Below the pieces are notes generated by a model. That model ran no database searches, had not been told where the DNA came from, and saw only the letters and a list, made by a program, of their open reading frames with translations. From a virus (lineage: Duplodnaviria > Caudoviricetes): DNA of 64,000 nt. Numbering within the stretch: the stretch's first letter is position 1; each line of letters opens with the position of its first letter. The position numbers were made by a program, and so were the translations under genes. The stretch is from IMG/VR virus record IMGVR_UViG_3300029288_004596, positions 152,900 through 216,899 of that record; one strand, 5' to 3'. Positions 23,879 through 32,697 of this stretch are shown in pieces.

Positions 23879-25300
23879 ATGGATTATTGTTTTGTGCATG
23901 AGCCTGATGAAGCTAGGCTCAAGGAACTTATGAGATTGTATGATGGCGCTCCCTACTCCCTCTCTGATGGACGGAGGGGGGCGCTCATACCTTGGGATAA
24001 GCTGGACACTTTGTTCCAGAGATTCCTGAATGTGAACTATGACAGTATAACTGAGTCCGGACACAATGGGATAGGTATGCTGGATACTCAGTTGAACTGG
24101 GGAGACAGAGACCCTGCGGCTGTGGCTAGAGTAGTTCAGAGCGAAGAGAAGTTCAGAGCCAAGTGGGGTTTTAGTCTTTCGGAGTGCCAGTCCCAAGCTT
24201 CTTCAGATTATATCAATAAGAAGATGGCCTCCAATCCTGTTATGCAGACTACCTCTAAGGTCGTATCCTGCAACGCTCCTTATGTAGCTTCCGACATGGC
24301 TTATCTTTCTGATGTCATTCAGGCTAAGGTCAACCTGCCAGTGTCAGTGTACTTTGGGAGTTCGCCTCAGAACTTCAGCGGGCTATCTGTCTACTGGAGT
24401 CCCTGCGAGCCTTTGGCTGGGAAGTTTGTGGCTGATGAGATACCAGCTCCTAACGCCAAGTATATATCAGGCACTAAGCCTATAAACGACGCGTCCGGGA
24501 ATCTGATAGCCTGCACCAACTCTTCCCTTATAAGGCTGTTCTTAGTGGCCAACAAGGGGATAGCATATAACCCTTCCATATATGACTACATAGCTGAGAA
24601 GTTTGCGGATATAGTCAAGGAAGAGTGTGGGTCTCTGGATTTGACCACCATCAAGGTTAGGGAACTGGCCAATAGAAGAGCTAAAGCCAGGCTTTCGTCT
24701 ATAGCCTCTGAACTGAAGTCTGAGAGATCCAGGATGGATACTCTTCAGAAAGACTTCATTGAGTCCTGCTCCAAGTACAATGAGAAGCTGGGAATTTACA
24801 CAGACCTCAACTCAGGCAGCACAGAGTATATAGACAACATAGTCAGGAAGGTGTCTTCCATAGCGGCTATTCCAGAAGTCGCTTCCTGGAGATTGGAAGG
24901 GGATAAGCTGGAGTTTTCCACCAAGATGCTTTACGCCTTTGACCCAAGGACTGCTCAGGTCAGGAAGATTGGGGAGATGTTTGTCTCTGTAAACACCTCT
25001 GATGGTTTCATCAAGGTGACCAATATGTCTTGGACAGTCAGGGGATGCGAGAGCGGAATGCAGGCTCCTCATGTGTTCCCAGATGGAAGACCATGTCTTG
25101 GTCAGCTGGGAACTACCACAGGACCTATGATTGCGGCCATGGACTATGGTCCGTTGGTGTCTTCTATAATAACATATCTTCAGAGTGCCAATGTAGAGGA
25201 CTCGGCTGGCAAGTATGTCCATCGGTGGCCGCTGGCTAATGAGAAAGAAACTGAGGCTTTCAAGGAGAAGTATGCTCATCTATGCTCAATGAAGCCTTAA
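23879..25300 (+). CDS. coiled-coil protein with C-terminal prokaryotic E2 (UBC-like) domain
   Basis: APHVFPDGRPCLG resembles the E2 HPN-x7-C active-site motif; central coiled coil; located in the E1/Ubl/JAB operon. Confidence 0.72.
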   Translation: MDYCFVHEPDEARLKELMRLYDGAPYSLSDGRRGALIPWDKLDTLFQRFLNVNYDSITESGHNGIGMLDTQLNWGDRDPAAVARVVQSEEKFRAKWGFSLSECQSQASSDYINKKMASNPVMQTTSKVVSCNAPYVASDMAYLSDVIQAKVNLPVSVYFGSSPQNFSGLSVYWSPCEPLAGKFVADEIPAPNAKYISGTKPINDASGNLIACTNSSLIRLFLVANKGIAYNPSIYDYIAEKFADIVKEECGSLDLTTIKVRELANRRAKARLSSIASELKSERSRMDTLQKDFIESCSKYNEKLGIYTDLNSGSTEYIDNIVRKVSSIAAIPEVASWRLEGDKLEFSTKMLYAFDPRTAQVRKIGEMFVSVNTSDGFIKVTNMSWTVRGCESGMQAPHVFPDGRPCLGQLGTTTGPMIAAMDYGPLVSSIITYLQSANVEDSAGKYVHRWPLANEKETEAFKEKYAHLCSMKP

Positions 25301-25608
25301 AGTATGTGCCTTATGAGGAGGCCCTGGAATTCTCTGAGTCCTTGGGAGCTAGAGAACAGTTCGTGGACATGATGAAGTGTCTGGGGTCCCTCATAAGGGA
25401 TAAAGTCTTGGAGAGCGTTTATTTTTACCCGGCTAAAGGGTACCTGCTTGTTGATATATTCATGGATGACTTTACCCTGCGCCCCATACAGAGCTTCAGC
25501 AGGATGAGCACAGCTGTGCTGGATTACATACTCGCTCAGGGACGCCCAGACAACTTGAAGATATGCATGAGATTTATAAGTAATGGAAGGTTTTATGACT
25601 CGAGATGA
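25282..25608 (+). CDS. hypothetical protein
   Basis: ORF in gene run. Confidence 0.55.
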   Translation: MLNEALKYVPYEEALEFSESLGAREQFVDMMKCLGSLIRDKVLESVYFYPAKGYLLVDIFMDDFTLRPIQSFSRMSTAVLDYILAQGRPDNLKICMRFISNGRFYDSR

Positions 25609-28018
25609 AGTGCTAGAACAAGCGATTGAGTATTTTAATGGGGATGAACTGGCTGCCCAGGTCTTCCTCAAGTATGCCCTGCAGGATTCGGAGACCTATT
25701 ATGAAGGGTCCCCAAGCGAAGCTCTGGATAGATATGCCAGAGAGATACACAGAATAGAATCCAGGTATCCCAATCCGTTATCCTATGACAGGATAAGACA
25801 TATGCTGGACAGGTATGAGAGATACATACTTGGAGGTTCCCCCATGGCTGGGGTAGGGAACAACTATCTTGGGATGTCCTTATCCAACTGTGTAGTCAGC
25901 CCGTCTCCTAAGGATTCCATATCGGGGATCTTTGATGTAGGCAAGAAGCTAGCTATCTGGTTCTCCAGAAGGTGCGGGGTAGGGAGTAATATCTCCACAC
26001 TGAGACCTGATGGATTCCCAGTCTCCAATGCGGCCAAGACCTCTACTGGGGCTTGGTCCTTTGTGGAACTGCTATCTAATATCTGCGGGAAGATAGGTCA
26101 GAACAATAGAAGAGGAGCCCTTTTAGTGGGCATGGAAGATTGGCATCCAGATATCCTAAAGTTTATAACCTGCAAGATAGATGTCACTAAGATAACCAAT
26201 GCCAATATATCAGTCATGTTGTCTGACGCTTTCATGAAAGCTGTGGAGATGGACGGAACATGGGATCTTGTATGGGATGGGAAAGTGGTAGAGACTATTA
26301 AGGCCAGAGACATGTGGAACCTTATAGTGACCACAGCCACCAAGACTGCTGAGCCAGGTATACTTTTCTGGGACACTTATAAGAGGAGGAATCCTCTTAA
26401 TGAATATCCTGGATTTGAAATGATATGTACAAATCCTTGTTCCGAACTTGGATTGGGAAGTGGTGGAGCTTGCATGCTATCGTCTCTGAACCTTAAGGGC
26501 TTTGTCAGAGACCCTTATACTGAAGGCGCCACTTTTAACTATTCCATGTATGAGTCCTATGTCATGGACGCTGTGAGAATCATGGATGACCTTATAGATT
26601 TGGAACTAGAAGCTCTAGATAGGATTATAAAGTCTACCTCGGAAGACTCCAGAGATATCTTTGAGCTTATGGCTGATGTATTCAGGAAAGGCAGAAGAAT
26701 AGGTCTTGGGATCACTGGTTTGGCTGATGCCTTGGTTGGGATTGGAGTCAAGTATGGTTCTGTAGAGTCTCTTGATGTGGTAGAGAATATAATAAGAACT
26801 CATAGGGATGCGGCCTATAGGTCCAGCATTCAACTAGGTAGAGAAAGAGGAGTGTTCCCAGCGTTTGACTGGGATATAGAGAAGGATAATGAGTTCCTGA
26901 AATCTCTCTCTCCGGACTTATATAATGACATCTCTTCCTGTGGAAGAAGACATGGAGCTTTGCTCACTATTCCTCCTGTAGGTTCAGGTTCTCAGTTAGG
27001 CAGGTGCTCTACTGGAATAGAACCTATATACAGAAGGTCTTATATAAGAAGGAAGAAGTCTACTCCTGGAGAAAGAATAGATAGCGTAGATTCTCAAGGG
27101 ATCAAGTGGACTAACTACATGGTCATTCACCCCTCCCTCCTTGAGTGCGCTTTAAAACATGGATACTCCAGAGAAGATGTGGAAGTTTATCTCTCTGGCA
27201 AGGGGAGTAACCCTGAACTAGAAAAACTGTTGAGCGCGTTTGTTTCCTCAGATGAGATAGACTGGATGGACAGAGTAAAAGTACAGTCTGTACTAACTCA
27301 GTATTTAGACCATGGTTGTTCCTCCACAATAAATCTTCCAGCTGGAACTTCTTCTGAAGTAGTAGGCAACATATACATGGAGTCCTACAAACAAGGACTT
27401 AAGGGAGTGACAGTGTATGTGGATGGATCCAGAGATGGGGTCCTGCTGAGCAAGGAGCCAGACAAGGATTGGTTCCACAGACCTAAGGAACTTTTCTGTG
27501 ATATTCACTGCGTGGAAGCTGTGGTGGATAAGGTAAAGAAAAGATTCGTGGTTATAGTAAGCTTCAAGTCAGGAATTCCCTTTGAGGTATTTGGAGGCGC
27601 TTATGATGACTCAGAAATCTCTGAGGAGTTTCCTCCATTTGTCAAAGGAAAGATTATCCCAGGAAAAGTAGTCAAGCATAAAAGAGAGTCTGGGAGCAGA
27701 TATGAACTGCAGATAGAAGGGGATGGAGTAGTCCACTCATTAGGCAAAGAGTTCCATAGAGGAACCACCGCTGGGTGGAACAAACTTATCTCTCTTTCCC
27801 TGAGATCTCAGCCAGATAACTTGCCTCATGTGGTAGACCAGTTATCCTCAGACTCTGATGTGGCTGGCTATTCAAAGGCAGTTTCTAGAGTTCTTAAGAA
27901 GTATGTGGAGGATGGAGCTATCTCTGGAGGAAGATGCGAGAACTGTGGGCAGAAGACTTTAGTGTACGAAGCCGGGTGTTGCATCTGCACCTCCTGTTCT
28001 TATAGCGGTTGCAGTTGA
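25583..28018 (+). CDS. nrdJ: class II (adenosylcobalamin-dependent) ribonucleotide reductase
   Basis: SLSNC, RRGA, TNPCSE, GACML, RRIGLG, TIPP-G, STINLP, KGVTVY; C-terminal CENC...CICTSC-Y-S-C zinc ribbon; no NrdB nearby. Confidence 0.9.
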   Translation: MEGFMTRDEVLEQAIEYFNGDELAAQVFLKYALQDSETYYEGSPSEALDRYAREIHRIESRYPNPLSYDRIRHMLDRYERYILGGSPMAGVGNNYLGMSLSNCVVSPSPKDSISGIFDVGKKLAIWFSRRCGVGSNISTLRPDGFPVSNAAKTSTGAWSFVELLSNICGKIGQNNRRGALLVGMEDWHPDILKFITCKIDVTKITNANISVMLSDAFMKAVEMDGTWDLVWDGKVVETIKARDMWNLIVTTATKTAEPGILFWDTYKRRNPLNEYPGFEMICTNPCSELGLGSGGACMLSSLNLKGFVRDPYTEGATFNYSMYESYVMDAVRIMDDLIDLELEALDRIIKSTSEDSRDIFELMADVFRKGRRIGLGITGLADALVGIGVKYGSVESLDVVENIIRTHRDAAYRSSIQLGRERGVFPAFDWDIEKDNEFLKSLSPDLYNDISSCGRRHGALLTIPPVGSGSQLGRCSTGIEPIYRRSYIRRKKSTPGERIDSVDSQGIKWTNYMVIHPSLLECALKHGYSREDVEVYLSGKGSNPELEKLLSAFVSSDEIDWMDRVKVQSVLTQYLDHGCSSTINLPAGTSSEVVGNIYMESYKQGLKGVTVYVDGSRDGVLLSKEPDKDWFHRPKELFCDIHCVEAVVDKVKKRFVVIVSFKSGIPFEVFGGAYDDSEISEEFPPFVKGKIIPGKVVKHKRESGSRYELQIEGDGVVHSLGKEFHRGTTAGWNKLISLSLRSQPDNLPHVVDQLSSDSDVAGYSKAVSRVLKKYVEDGAISGGRCENCGQKTLVYEAGCCICTSCSYSGCS

Positions 28019-28027
28019 ACCCACCAC

Positions 28028-28061
28028 AGGGGAGTCCCTTTATGGGGCTCCTCTTTTTTTT
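28028..28061 (+). terminator. rho-independent terminator
   Basis: AGGGGAGTCCC-TTTAT-GGGGCTCCTCT followed by T-run. Confidence 0.8.
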
Positions 28062-28071
28062 GGAGTAGATC

Positions 28072-28386
28072 ATGGTCAATATGGTAGTTGTCTATGGGGT
28101 CATAGGCGAGGAACCCACGGAAGTAATCAGCAGAAACAATGTGAGGATAGTGTCCTCCAAGCTGAGCATAGAAACCAAGGGGAAATTTCATTCCCTGGAG
28201 ATAAAGTGCTTTGGGGATACGGCCTCTTCTTTAGCTTGTCTTGTGGTAGGGACTCCTGTTATAATACAAGGGAGACTTGATGTTTCCGAGTGGGAGTACA
28301 TGGGCAAGCAGTACTCCAAGATAGCCCTTGTGACCACCGATATAACAGTGGTTGGAAGGGCCGCTGAAGATCCATGGGAGGTCTAG
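28072..28386 (+). CDS. divergent SSB-like OB-fold protein
   Basis: MVNMVVVYG...IKCFG...GTPVIIQGRL. Confidence 0.75.
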   Translation: MVNMVVVYGVIGEEPTEVISRNNVRIVSSKLSIETKGKFHSLEIKCFGDTASSLACLVVGTPVIIQGRLDVSEWEYMGKQYSKIALVTTDITVVGRAAEDPWEV

Positions 28387-28563
28387 ATGGATTCTCCATA
28401 CAGGTTTGAGACGTGCCCTTATTGCTGGGGACGCGGCAAGATTATTGGTTCCACTACTTCAGCCACATACAGTATTCACCCCAGCCTATATATTCAGTGT
28501 GGTCATTGCCAAGGCTCGGGACAAGTTTTAGTCAGAAGTTCTGAGGATGACTATGAGGAATGA
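28387..28563 (+). CDS. DnaJ-type Zn-finger mini-protein 1
   Basis: hand-translated: CPYCWGRG...CGHCQGSG...EDDYEE*. Confidence 0.8.
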   Translation: MDSPYRFETCPYCWGRGKIIGSTTSATYSIHPSLYIQCGHCQGSGQVLVRSSEDDYEE

Positions 28564-28753
28564 AGGTTTTCTTTACAGGTTTAATGAGAACTCTGTGAAG
28601 TGCTCTTACTGTGGAGGGGAAGGTTATCTTAACCCAGCATATAAAGCTGTCATTGGGAATATGAAACCTGTGGATATTCCATGCCCAATGTGCTGTGGCA
28701 GCGGGTGGATTAACTTGGAGGAGGAGACGCTCCATGGCAATTATGAAGAGTAA
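28553..28753 (+). CDS. DnaJ-type Zn-finger mini-protein 2
   Basis: CSYCGGEG...CPMCCGSG...GNYEE*. Confidence 0.8.
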   Translation: MRNEGFLYRFNENSVKCSYCGGEGYLNPAYKAVIGNMKPVDIPCPMCCGSGWINLEEETLHGNYEE

Positions 28754-28949
28754 GGTTTGTCCTAGATGCTATGGCACAGGATCTGGCTATACAAGCGTTT
28801 CTACCACTATCTCTACTACCGCTGGCACAACATGCACCTTTGGACCAACGATCTGTCCTCTATGCGAAGGGGATGGAGTTATATATGTTAAGGACGCTAA
28901 GCTAGGTAATGTAGTTACTGTAGTTGAAGAAGAGAACTATGAGGAGTGA
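28743..28949 (+). CDS. DnaJ-type Zn-finger mini-protein 3
   Basis: CPRCYGTG...CPLCEGDG...ENYEE*. Confidence 0.8.
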   Translation: MKSKVCPRCYGTGSGYTSVSTTISTTAGTTCTFGPTICPLCEGDGVIYVKDAKLGNVVTVVEEENYEE

Positions 28950-29124
28950 GCCTGTCAAGTGCCCCAACTGTCATGGGATGGGAGTAAAGATAGTGAACTT
29001 CAAGGTTCTTAAAGACTTATTAGAAGGAAAAATAAAACCTCCTCCAGGATCTGAGTTATTTAAGAAGTGTGAAGAGTGTGACGGTTCTGGGATCATGAAT
29101 ATAAACCATAGCTGGGAGGAGTAG
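28939..29124 (+). CDS. DnaJ-type Zn-finger mini-protein 4
   Basis: CPNCHGMG...CEECDGSG...HSWEE*. Confidence 0.8.
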   Translation: MRSEPVKCPNCHGMGVKIVNFKVLKDLLEGKIKPPPGSELFKKCEECDGSGIMNINHSWEE

Positions 29125-29126
29125 CC

Positions 29127-29321
29127 ATGAAGGCCAAGAAATGTCCTATCTGCCAAGGGACCAAGGTAATCTTTGGCTACGTGGCCACAAGCATTTACTC
29201 TGTGGATTTTACCGTCTCCCCTGTATCTATTGGAACTGCTTCCATTCAACGCCCTTGCTCCTTCTGCGAGGGGATTGGAGAGGTGTATGTCCTGTCTAAG
29301 GACGAGAGCTATGAAGAGTAG
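29127..29321 (+). CDS. DnaJ-type Zn-finger mini-protein 5
   Basis: CPICQGTK...CSFCEGIG...ESYEE*. Confidence 0.8.
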   Translation: MKAKKCPICQGTKVIFGYVATSIYSVDFTVSPVSIGTASIQRPCSFCEGIGEVYVLSKDESYEE

Positions 29322-29481
29322 GTGTCCAGCCTGCGATGGAACTGGCATATCTGTGGTTAATGAAGACGCCTTGGAGAATTTGTTCACTGGCAAACCTGTG
29401 TCTAGGGATGTCACTATATTTGAGAAGTGTCCGGTCTGCAATGGCTCTGGGGATGCCGAGGAATACAACTGGGAGGAATAG
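29311..29481 (+). CDS. DnaJ-type Zn-finger mini-protein 6
   Basis: CPACDGTG...CPVCNGSG...YNWEE*. Confidence 0.8.
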   Translation: MKSRCPACDGTGISVVNEDALENLFTGKPVSRDVTIFEKCPVCNGSGDAEEYNWEE

Positions 29482-29485
29482 TCCT

Positions 29486-29656
29486 ATGAGGAGTGAAAAG
29501 TGCCCCAGATGTGGAGGCAGAGGAATAATCCTAGAAAAAGGTTATGTTAACGATTATATTATCTACTCCACCACTGTATCTTATACCTCCTGGACCTGCA
29601 TGGAGTGCAAGGGAACTGGACATATTCAGGTGGAGGAAGAGGATTGGGAGGAGTAG
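29486..29656 (+). CDS. DnaJ-type Zn-finger mini-protein 7
   Basis: CPRCGGRG...CMECKGTG...EDWEE*. Confidence 0.8.
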   Translation: MRSEKCPRCGGRGIILEKGYVNDYIIYSTTVSYTSWTCMECKGTGHIQVEEEDWEE

Positions 29657-29829
29657 TTTTCAGAGCATGCCCAGCCTGCGGAGGTTCTGGAATAGCTTGC
29701 CAGTATGACTCAGATAAGCGCTTCACTAATATTATACAGTGTCCATACTGTAGTGGTTTCGGCAATATTATAATAGAAGGCATCAAGGATATGGTTGAGA
29801 TTTCTAAGGAGGAGAACTGGGAGGAATAA
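29644..29829 (+). CDS. DnaJ-type Zn-finger mini-protein 8
   Basis: probable TTG start; CPACGGSG...CPYCSGFG...ENWEE*. Confidence 0.75.
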   Translation: MGGVVFRACPACGGSGIACQYDSDKRFTNIIQCPYCSGFGNIIIEGIKDMVEISKEENWEE

Positions 29830-30200
29830 TGTTTCTAGTGATGGCGTACAGGTGGGGGATTATTAATGAACACCATTATATAGTAGGCCTCTTCTCCAAC
29901 AAGGAGATAGCCATGGATCAAGCCAAGGATCATGTAGGCTACAGAGGAGGGAAGTACTCTTGTGTAGTTTATGATATAATCCCTGATATAGATTTATCCC
30001 AGGCGGACAGGGTATATGAGCAGATTGGCTACTTTGGAATCTATAAGGAAGACACTAAACTGGACTACAGCGAGGTGGACTTGCAGGCTACAGGCATAGG
30101 GTATGAGATCCTGCGTAGCGAAGAGGATAAACCTTTGTGGTTGATTAGTATTATACAGAAGGTGAAAGAGCGTGTCAGTCTCAGACTTAGAGGTCTATGA
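29829..30200 (+). CDS. hypothetical phage protein
   Basis: coupled ORF (TAATG); YRGGKY motif. Confidence 0.7.
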   Translation: MFLVMAYRWGIINEHHYIVGLFSNKEIAMDQAKDHVGYRGGKYSCVVYDIIPDIDLSQADRVYEQIGYFGIYKEDTKLDYSEVDLQATGIGYEILRSEEDKPLWLISIIQKVKERVSLRLRGL

Positions 30201-30492
30201 TTTTCTCTCCAGGGATTCTTATTGTTGTATTCCTAATGGATGGAGAGAACTGGTAGGAGAGATGTACAGGAGACTCCTGCAGCTGGACCCGGATGTCAAT
30301 ATGCTGGAGGTCAAGGAGAAGTTTGGGATACTCAGGATTGTAGTCACAGGTTCTGAAGTAAACACTGATTATATAACAGATATGTATGAGAATATATCCA
30401 GGAGGACCTGCTCTGTCTGCGGTAAACCAGGGAAACTTACCAGTAGATCAGGCTGGTATATAACTATTTGTGAGGAGTGTGAAAGACCATGA
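30172..30492 (+). CDS. phage hypothetical protein with C-terminal Zn ribbon
   Basis: EVKEKFGILR; CSVCG...W-ITICEEC. Confidence 0.75.
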   Translation: MSVSDLEVYDFLSRDSYCCIPNGWRELVGEMYRRLLQLDPDVNMLEVKEKFGILRIVVTGSEVNTDYITDMYENISRRTCSVCGKPGKLTSRSGWYITICEECERP

Positions 30493-31088
30493 GTCATGCC
30501 ACGTGCCTTGTCATTGTGCCGGAGGATACTGAGGATGTCCAGCTTGCGGCGGAAGAGTTAATGGAGTCTTACTGGGAGGAGCTGGAAGTGGAGTCTCACC
30601 TAGATGAGTGCTGGTGTCTTGGTTCCCTGGCTAGGGATAGGATGTACAAGGAAGCTGAAGCTCTCCCCTTTAACGATAATGCCACTAAGTGGGATTGGGT
30701 GCAGGAACATCTGGCTGAAGCCGTGGATAAGGACTGGCCTGATCCAGAGTGTGACAACTGCCATGGGGTGGGACGTTACATGTCCACTAGCAACCCCGAT
30801 GGGAAGTGGGACTGGTTCACCATAGGAGGCAGATGGGCTGGAGCGCTTTATGACAAAGAGGGCGAACAGTTTGATGAAAACCTAGGGGCAAATTCCAGGA
30901 AGGTCTCTGAGATAACCACTAGGATATTTCATTCAGTGATCACCCCTGATGGAGAGTGGCACGAGAGCGCTACTCTTGGATGGTTTGGCATAACCAGGAA
31001 TGAGAATACTTCCTGGGATGAAGAACTTGAGAGTATACTAAAAGAGTACAAGGATTGCATAGGAGTCCTAGTGGACTTCCACTGCTGA
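30489..31088 (+). CDS. phage hypothetical protein
   Basis: MSHATCLV...NPDGKWDWFTIGGRW...ITPDGEWHE...VDFHC. Confidence 0.75.
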   Translation: MSHATCLVIVPEDTEDVQLAAEELMESYWEELEVESHLDECWCLGSLARDRMYKEAEALPFNDNATKWDWVQEHLAEAVDKDWPDPECDNCHGVGRYMSTSNPDGKWDWFTIGGRWAGALYDKEGEQFDENLGANSRKVSEITTRIFHSVITPDGEWHESATLGWFGITRNENTSWDEELESILKEYKDCIGVLVDFHC

Positions 31089-31097
31089 GGAGGATAT

Positions 31098-31532
31098 ATG
31101 AATATAGCTAAGGCCATGAAGGTCAAGAATAGAAACGTAGCCAGAATCAAGAAGATCCTAGGGGATGTCCAGAAGTGGAACTCCGTGAGAGTTGGAGAAG
31201 ACGTCCCTGTGGATGTGACTAGTCTCTGGAAAGATCTTAAGATAGAGATAGACAACCTCATAGAGATTAAGACCAAGATAGCCAAGGCCACTGATCCTAT
31301 AAGGGATAAGCTTATAAGGCTTGCCGAACTAAAGTCTTTCATCAGTCTCATCTCTTACCTGGATACTACTTCAGGCAAGATCTATAAGAGGAAGTCCTCT
31401 ACAGATGAGGTCCCTGAGTATGCGGCTGCTATTTCAGCCACAGAACTCAATGGGACTATAGAGGCTCTTCAGAAAGGCATTGATAGTCTTCAGGATGACA
31501 TAGATGAATTCAATGCTAAGACCAGTCTTTAA
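31098..31532 (+). CDS. coiled-coil protein, possibly DIP1984/DUF6847-like
   Basis: MNIAKAMK...IDSLQDDIDEFNAKT; GAGGAGG SD; family call tentative. Confidence 0.6.
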   Translation: MNIAKAMKVKNRNVARIKKILGDVQKWNSVRVGEDVPVDVTSLWKDLKIEIDNLIEIKTKIAKATDPIRDKLIRLAELKSFISLISYLDTTSGKIYKRKSSTDEVPEYAAAISATELNGTIEALQKGIDSLQDDIDEFNAKTSL

Positions 31533-31556
31533 GCAGAACTAAAAACTCTGCCTGAG

Positions 31557-31764
31557 CAGGGGTCAAGTTTTTCTTGACTCCTGGGGTGTGCGGTTGGGTC
31601 ATTAGGTGTTGAAACCACCTTGGATCGTCGGTTACTTTATAGTGGCTGATGCTTATCAGGATGCTTCAGGATTCCGATCCTTTAAAGTTCAAAGCTTATA
31701 TAATGGAGCTCCTATTAAAAGGCATAGGCTGATTCCTTAAACCTTGGCTGACTCAACCCACCCC
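31557..31764 (+). ncRNA. candidate multi-stem structured RNA
   Basis: hairpin 31557-31583; long-range stem GGGGTG..GGTTGGGTCA / TGACTCAACC-CACCCC enclosing several internal hairpins. Confidence 0.55.
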
Positions 31765-31781
31765 AAACTTCGGGAGATAAT

Positions 31782-32081
31782 ATGGATCCTGGAACTGTTG
31801 TGAATACTATAGATAAGATGCTAGAAGGCACTGGATTCATAGCCAGAATAGCTATGAACGATTTCAAGAATGTCAATATCAGGTACATGTTTGGGGAGGA
31901 AGTTGATAGACCCTTGGTTGGAACCATAGATACGCGGAACGTTGAGTATAGAAGCATGGATAATATTATAGCAACTGTCAAGGAGATGACCTCCTCTTAC
32001 TTGTGGAAAGAAATGAAGAAACTCTTGGATAGGCAGTCTGTTATAGACTCTAAGTTTTCTGGCGAAGATTATGAGGAATAG
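31782..32081 (+). CDS. hypothetical, YEE tail; paralog of 32084
   Basis: GFIARI...IRYMFG; ends GEDYEE*. Confidence 0.7.
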   Translation: MDPGTVVNTIDKMLEGTGFIARIAMNDFKNVNIRYMFGEEVDRPLVGTIDTRNVEYRSMDNIIATVKEMTSSYLWKEMKKLLDRQSVIDSKFSGEDYEE

Positions 32082-32083
32082 CC

Positions 32084-32401
32084 ATGGACTATAGTTTTGT
32101 GACCACAGTCCTGAATGTCGGGATGGAAGACTCCGGCTTCTACACCAGGATATTAAAAGACCACCCAGAGATTATAACTATCAGGCATAGGTTTGGACTT
32201 CCTAATGAAACCTGTCATGTAGGGTCTCTTAATGTACTGCACTTTGTGACTGGAATAGATGATATAAATATTACTGACATGGCGAACCAAGTTAAGTTGC
32301 TCATAGATAACTACCTGTCCTCTAAGATATTGGATCTCCAGCTTACCAGGGCTGGGTTTGACTATGCGCTTACTGAGGGGACTGAAAACTACGAGGAGTA
32401 G
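32084..32401 (+). CDS. hypothetical, YEE tail
   Basis: GFYTRI...IRHRFG; ends ENYEE*. Confidence 0.7.
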   Translation: MDYSFVTTVLNVGMEDSGFYTRILKDHPEIITIRHRFGLPNETCHVGSLNVLHFVTGIDDINITDMANQVKLLIDNYLSSKILDLQLTRAGFDYALTEGTENYEE

Positions 32402-32403
32402 TC

Positions 32404-32697
32404 ATGGCTTACACTATGGAGCTGGAAGAACATGCGGCTATGGCTTACAAAGTAAGCTGCAGTCTCCATGATGAGGGGTATCCTTTTTCAGTTTACTGGA
32501 TTGATAGCAAGGAGAGTTTCTGTGTGGAGGGTATCCCTATCTTCGAGACTACTAGAATATCCTTGGGAAGTGATATTCCTAACTATGATCTCATTAAGTC
32601 CATGGCTATAACTTCTGTGGAGAGATACCTTGAATCTAAGAAAGACGATATCATCAGACTCCTGTATCTCTATGGAGGGTACACTCTTGAAGAATGA
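32404..32697 (+). CDS. hypothetical, LEE tail; paralog of 32687
   Basis: FSVYW...FCVEGIPIF; ends YTLEE*. Confidence 0.7.
   Translation: MAYTMELEEHAAMAYKVSCSLHDEGYPFSVYWIDSKESFCVEGIPIFETTRISLGSDIPNYDLIKSMAITSVERYLESKKDDIIRLLYLYGGYTLEE

Noticed and set aside
31533-31781. tRNA, tmRNA or cobalamin riboswitch
   Set aside because: No cloverleaf or T-loop, tag reading frame or B12-box was recognised; kept only as an unclassified structured RNA candidate.
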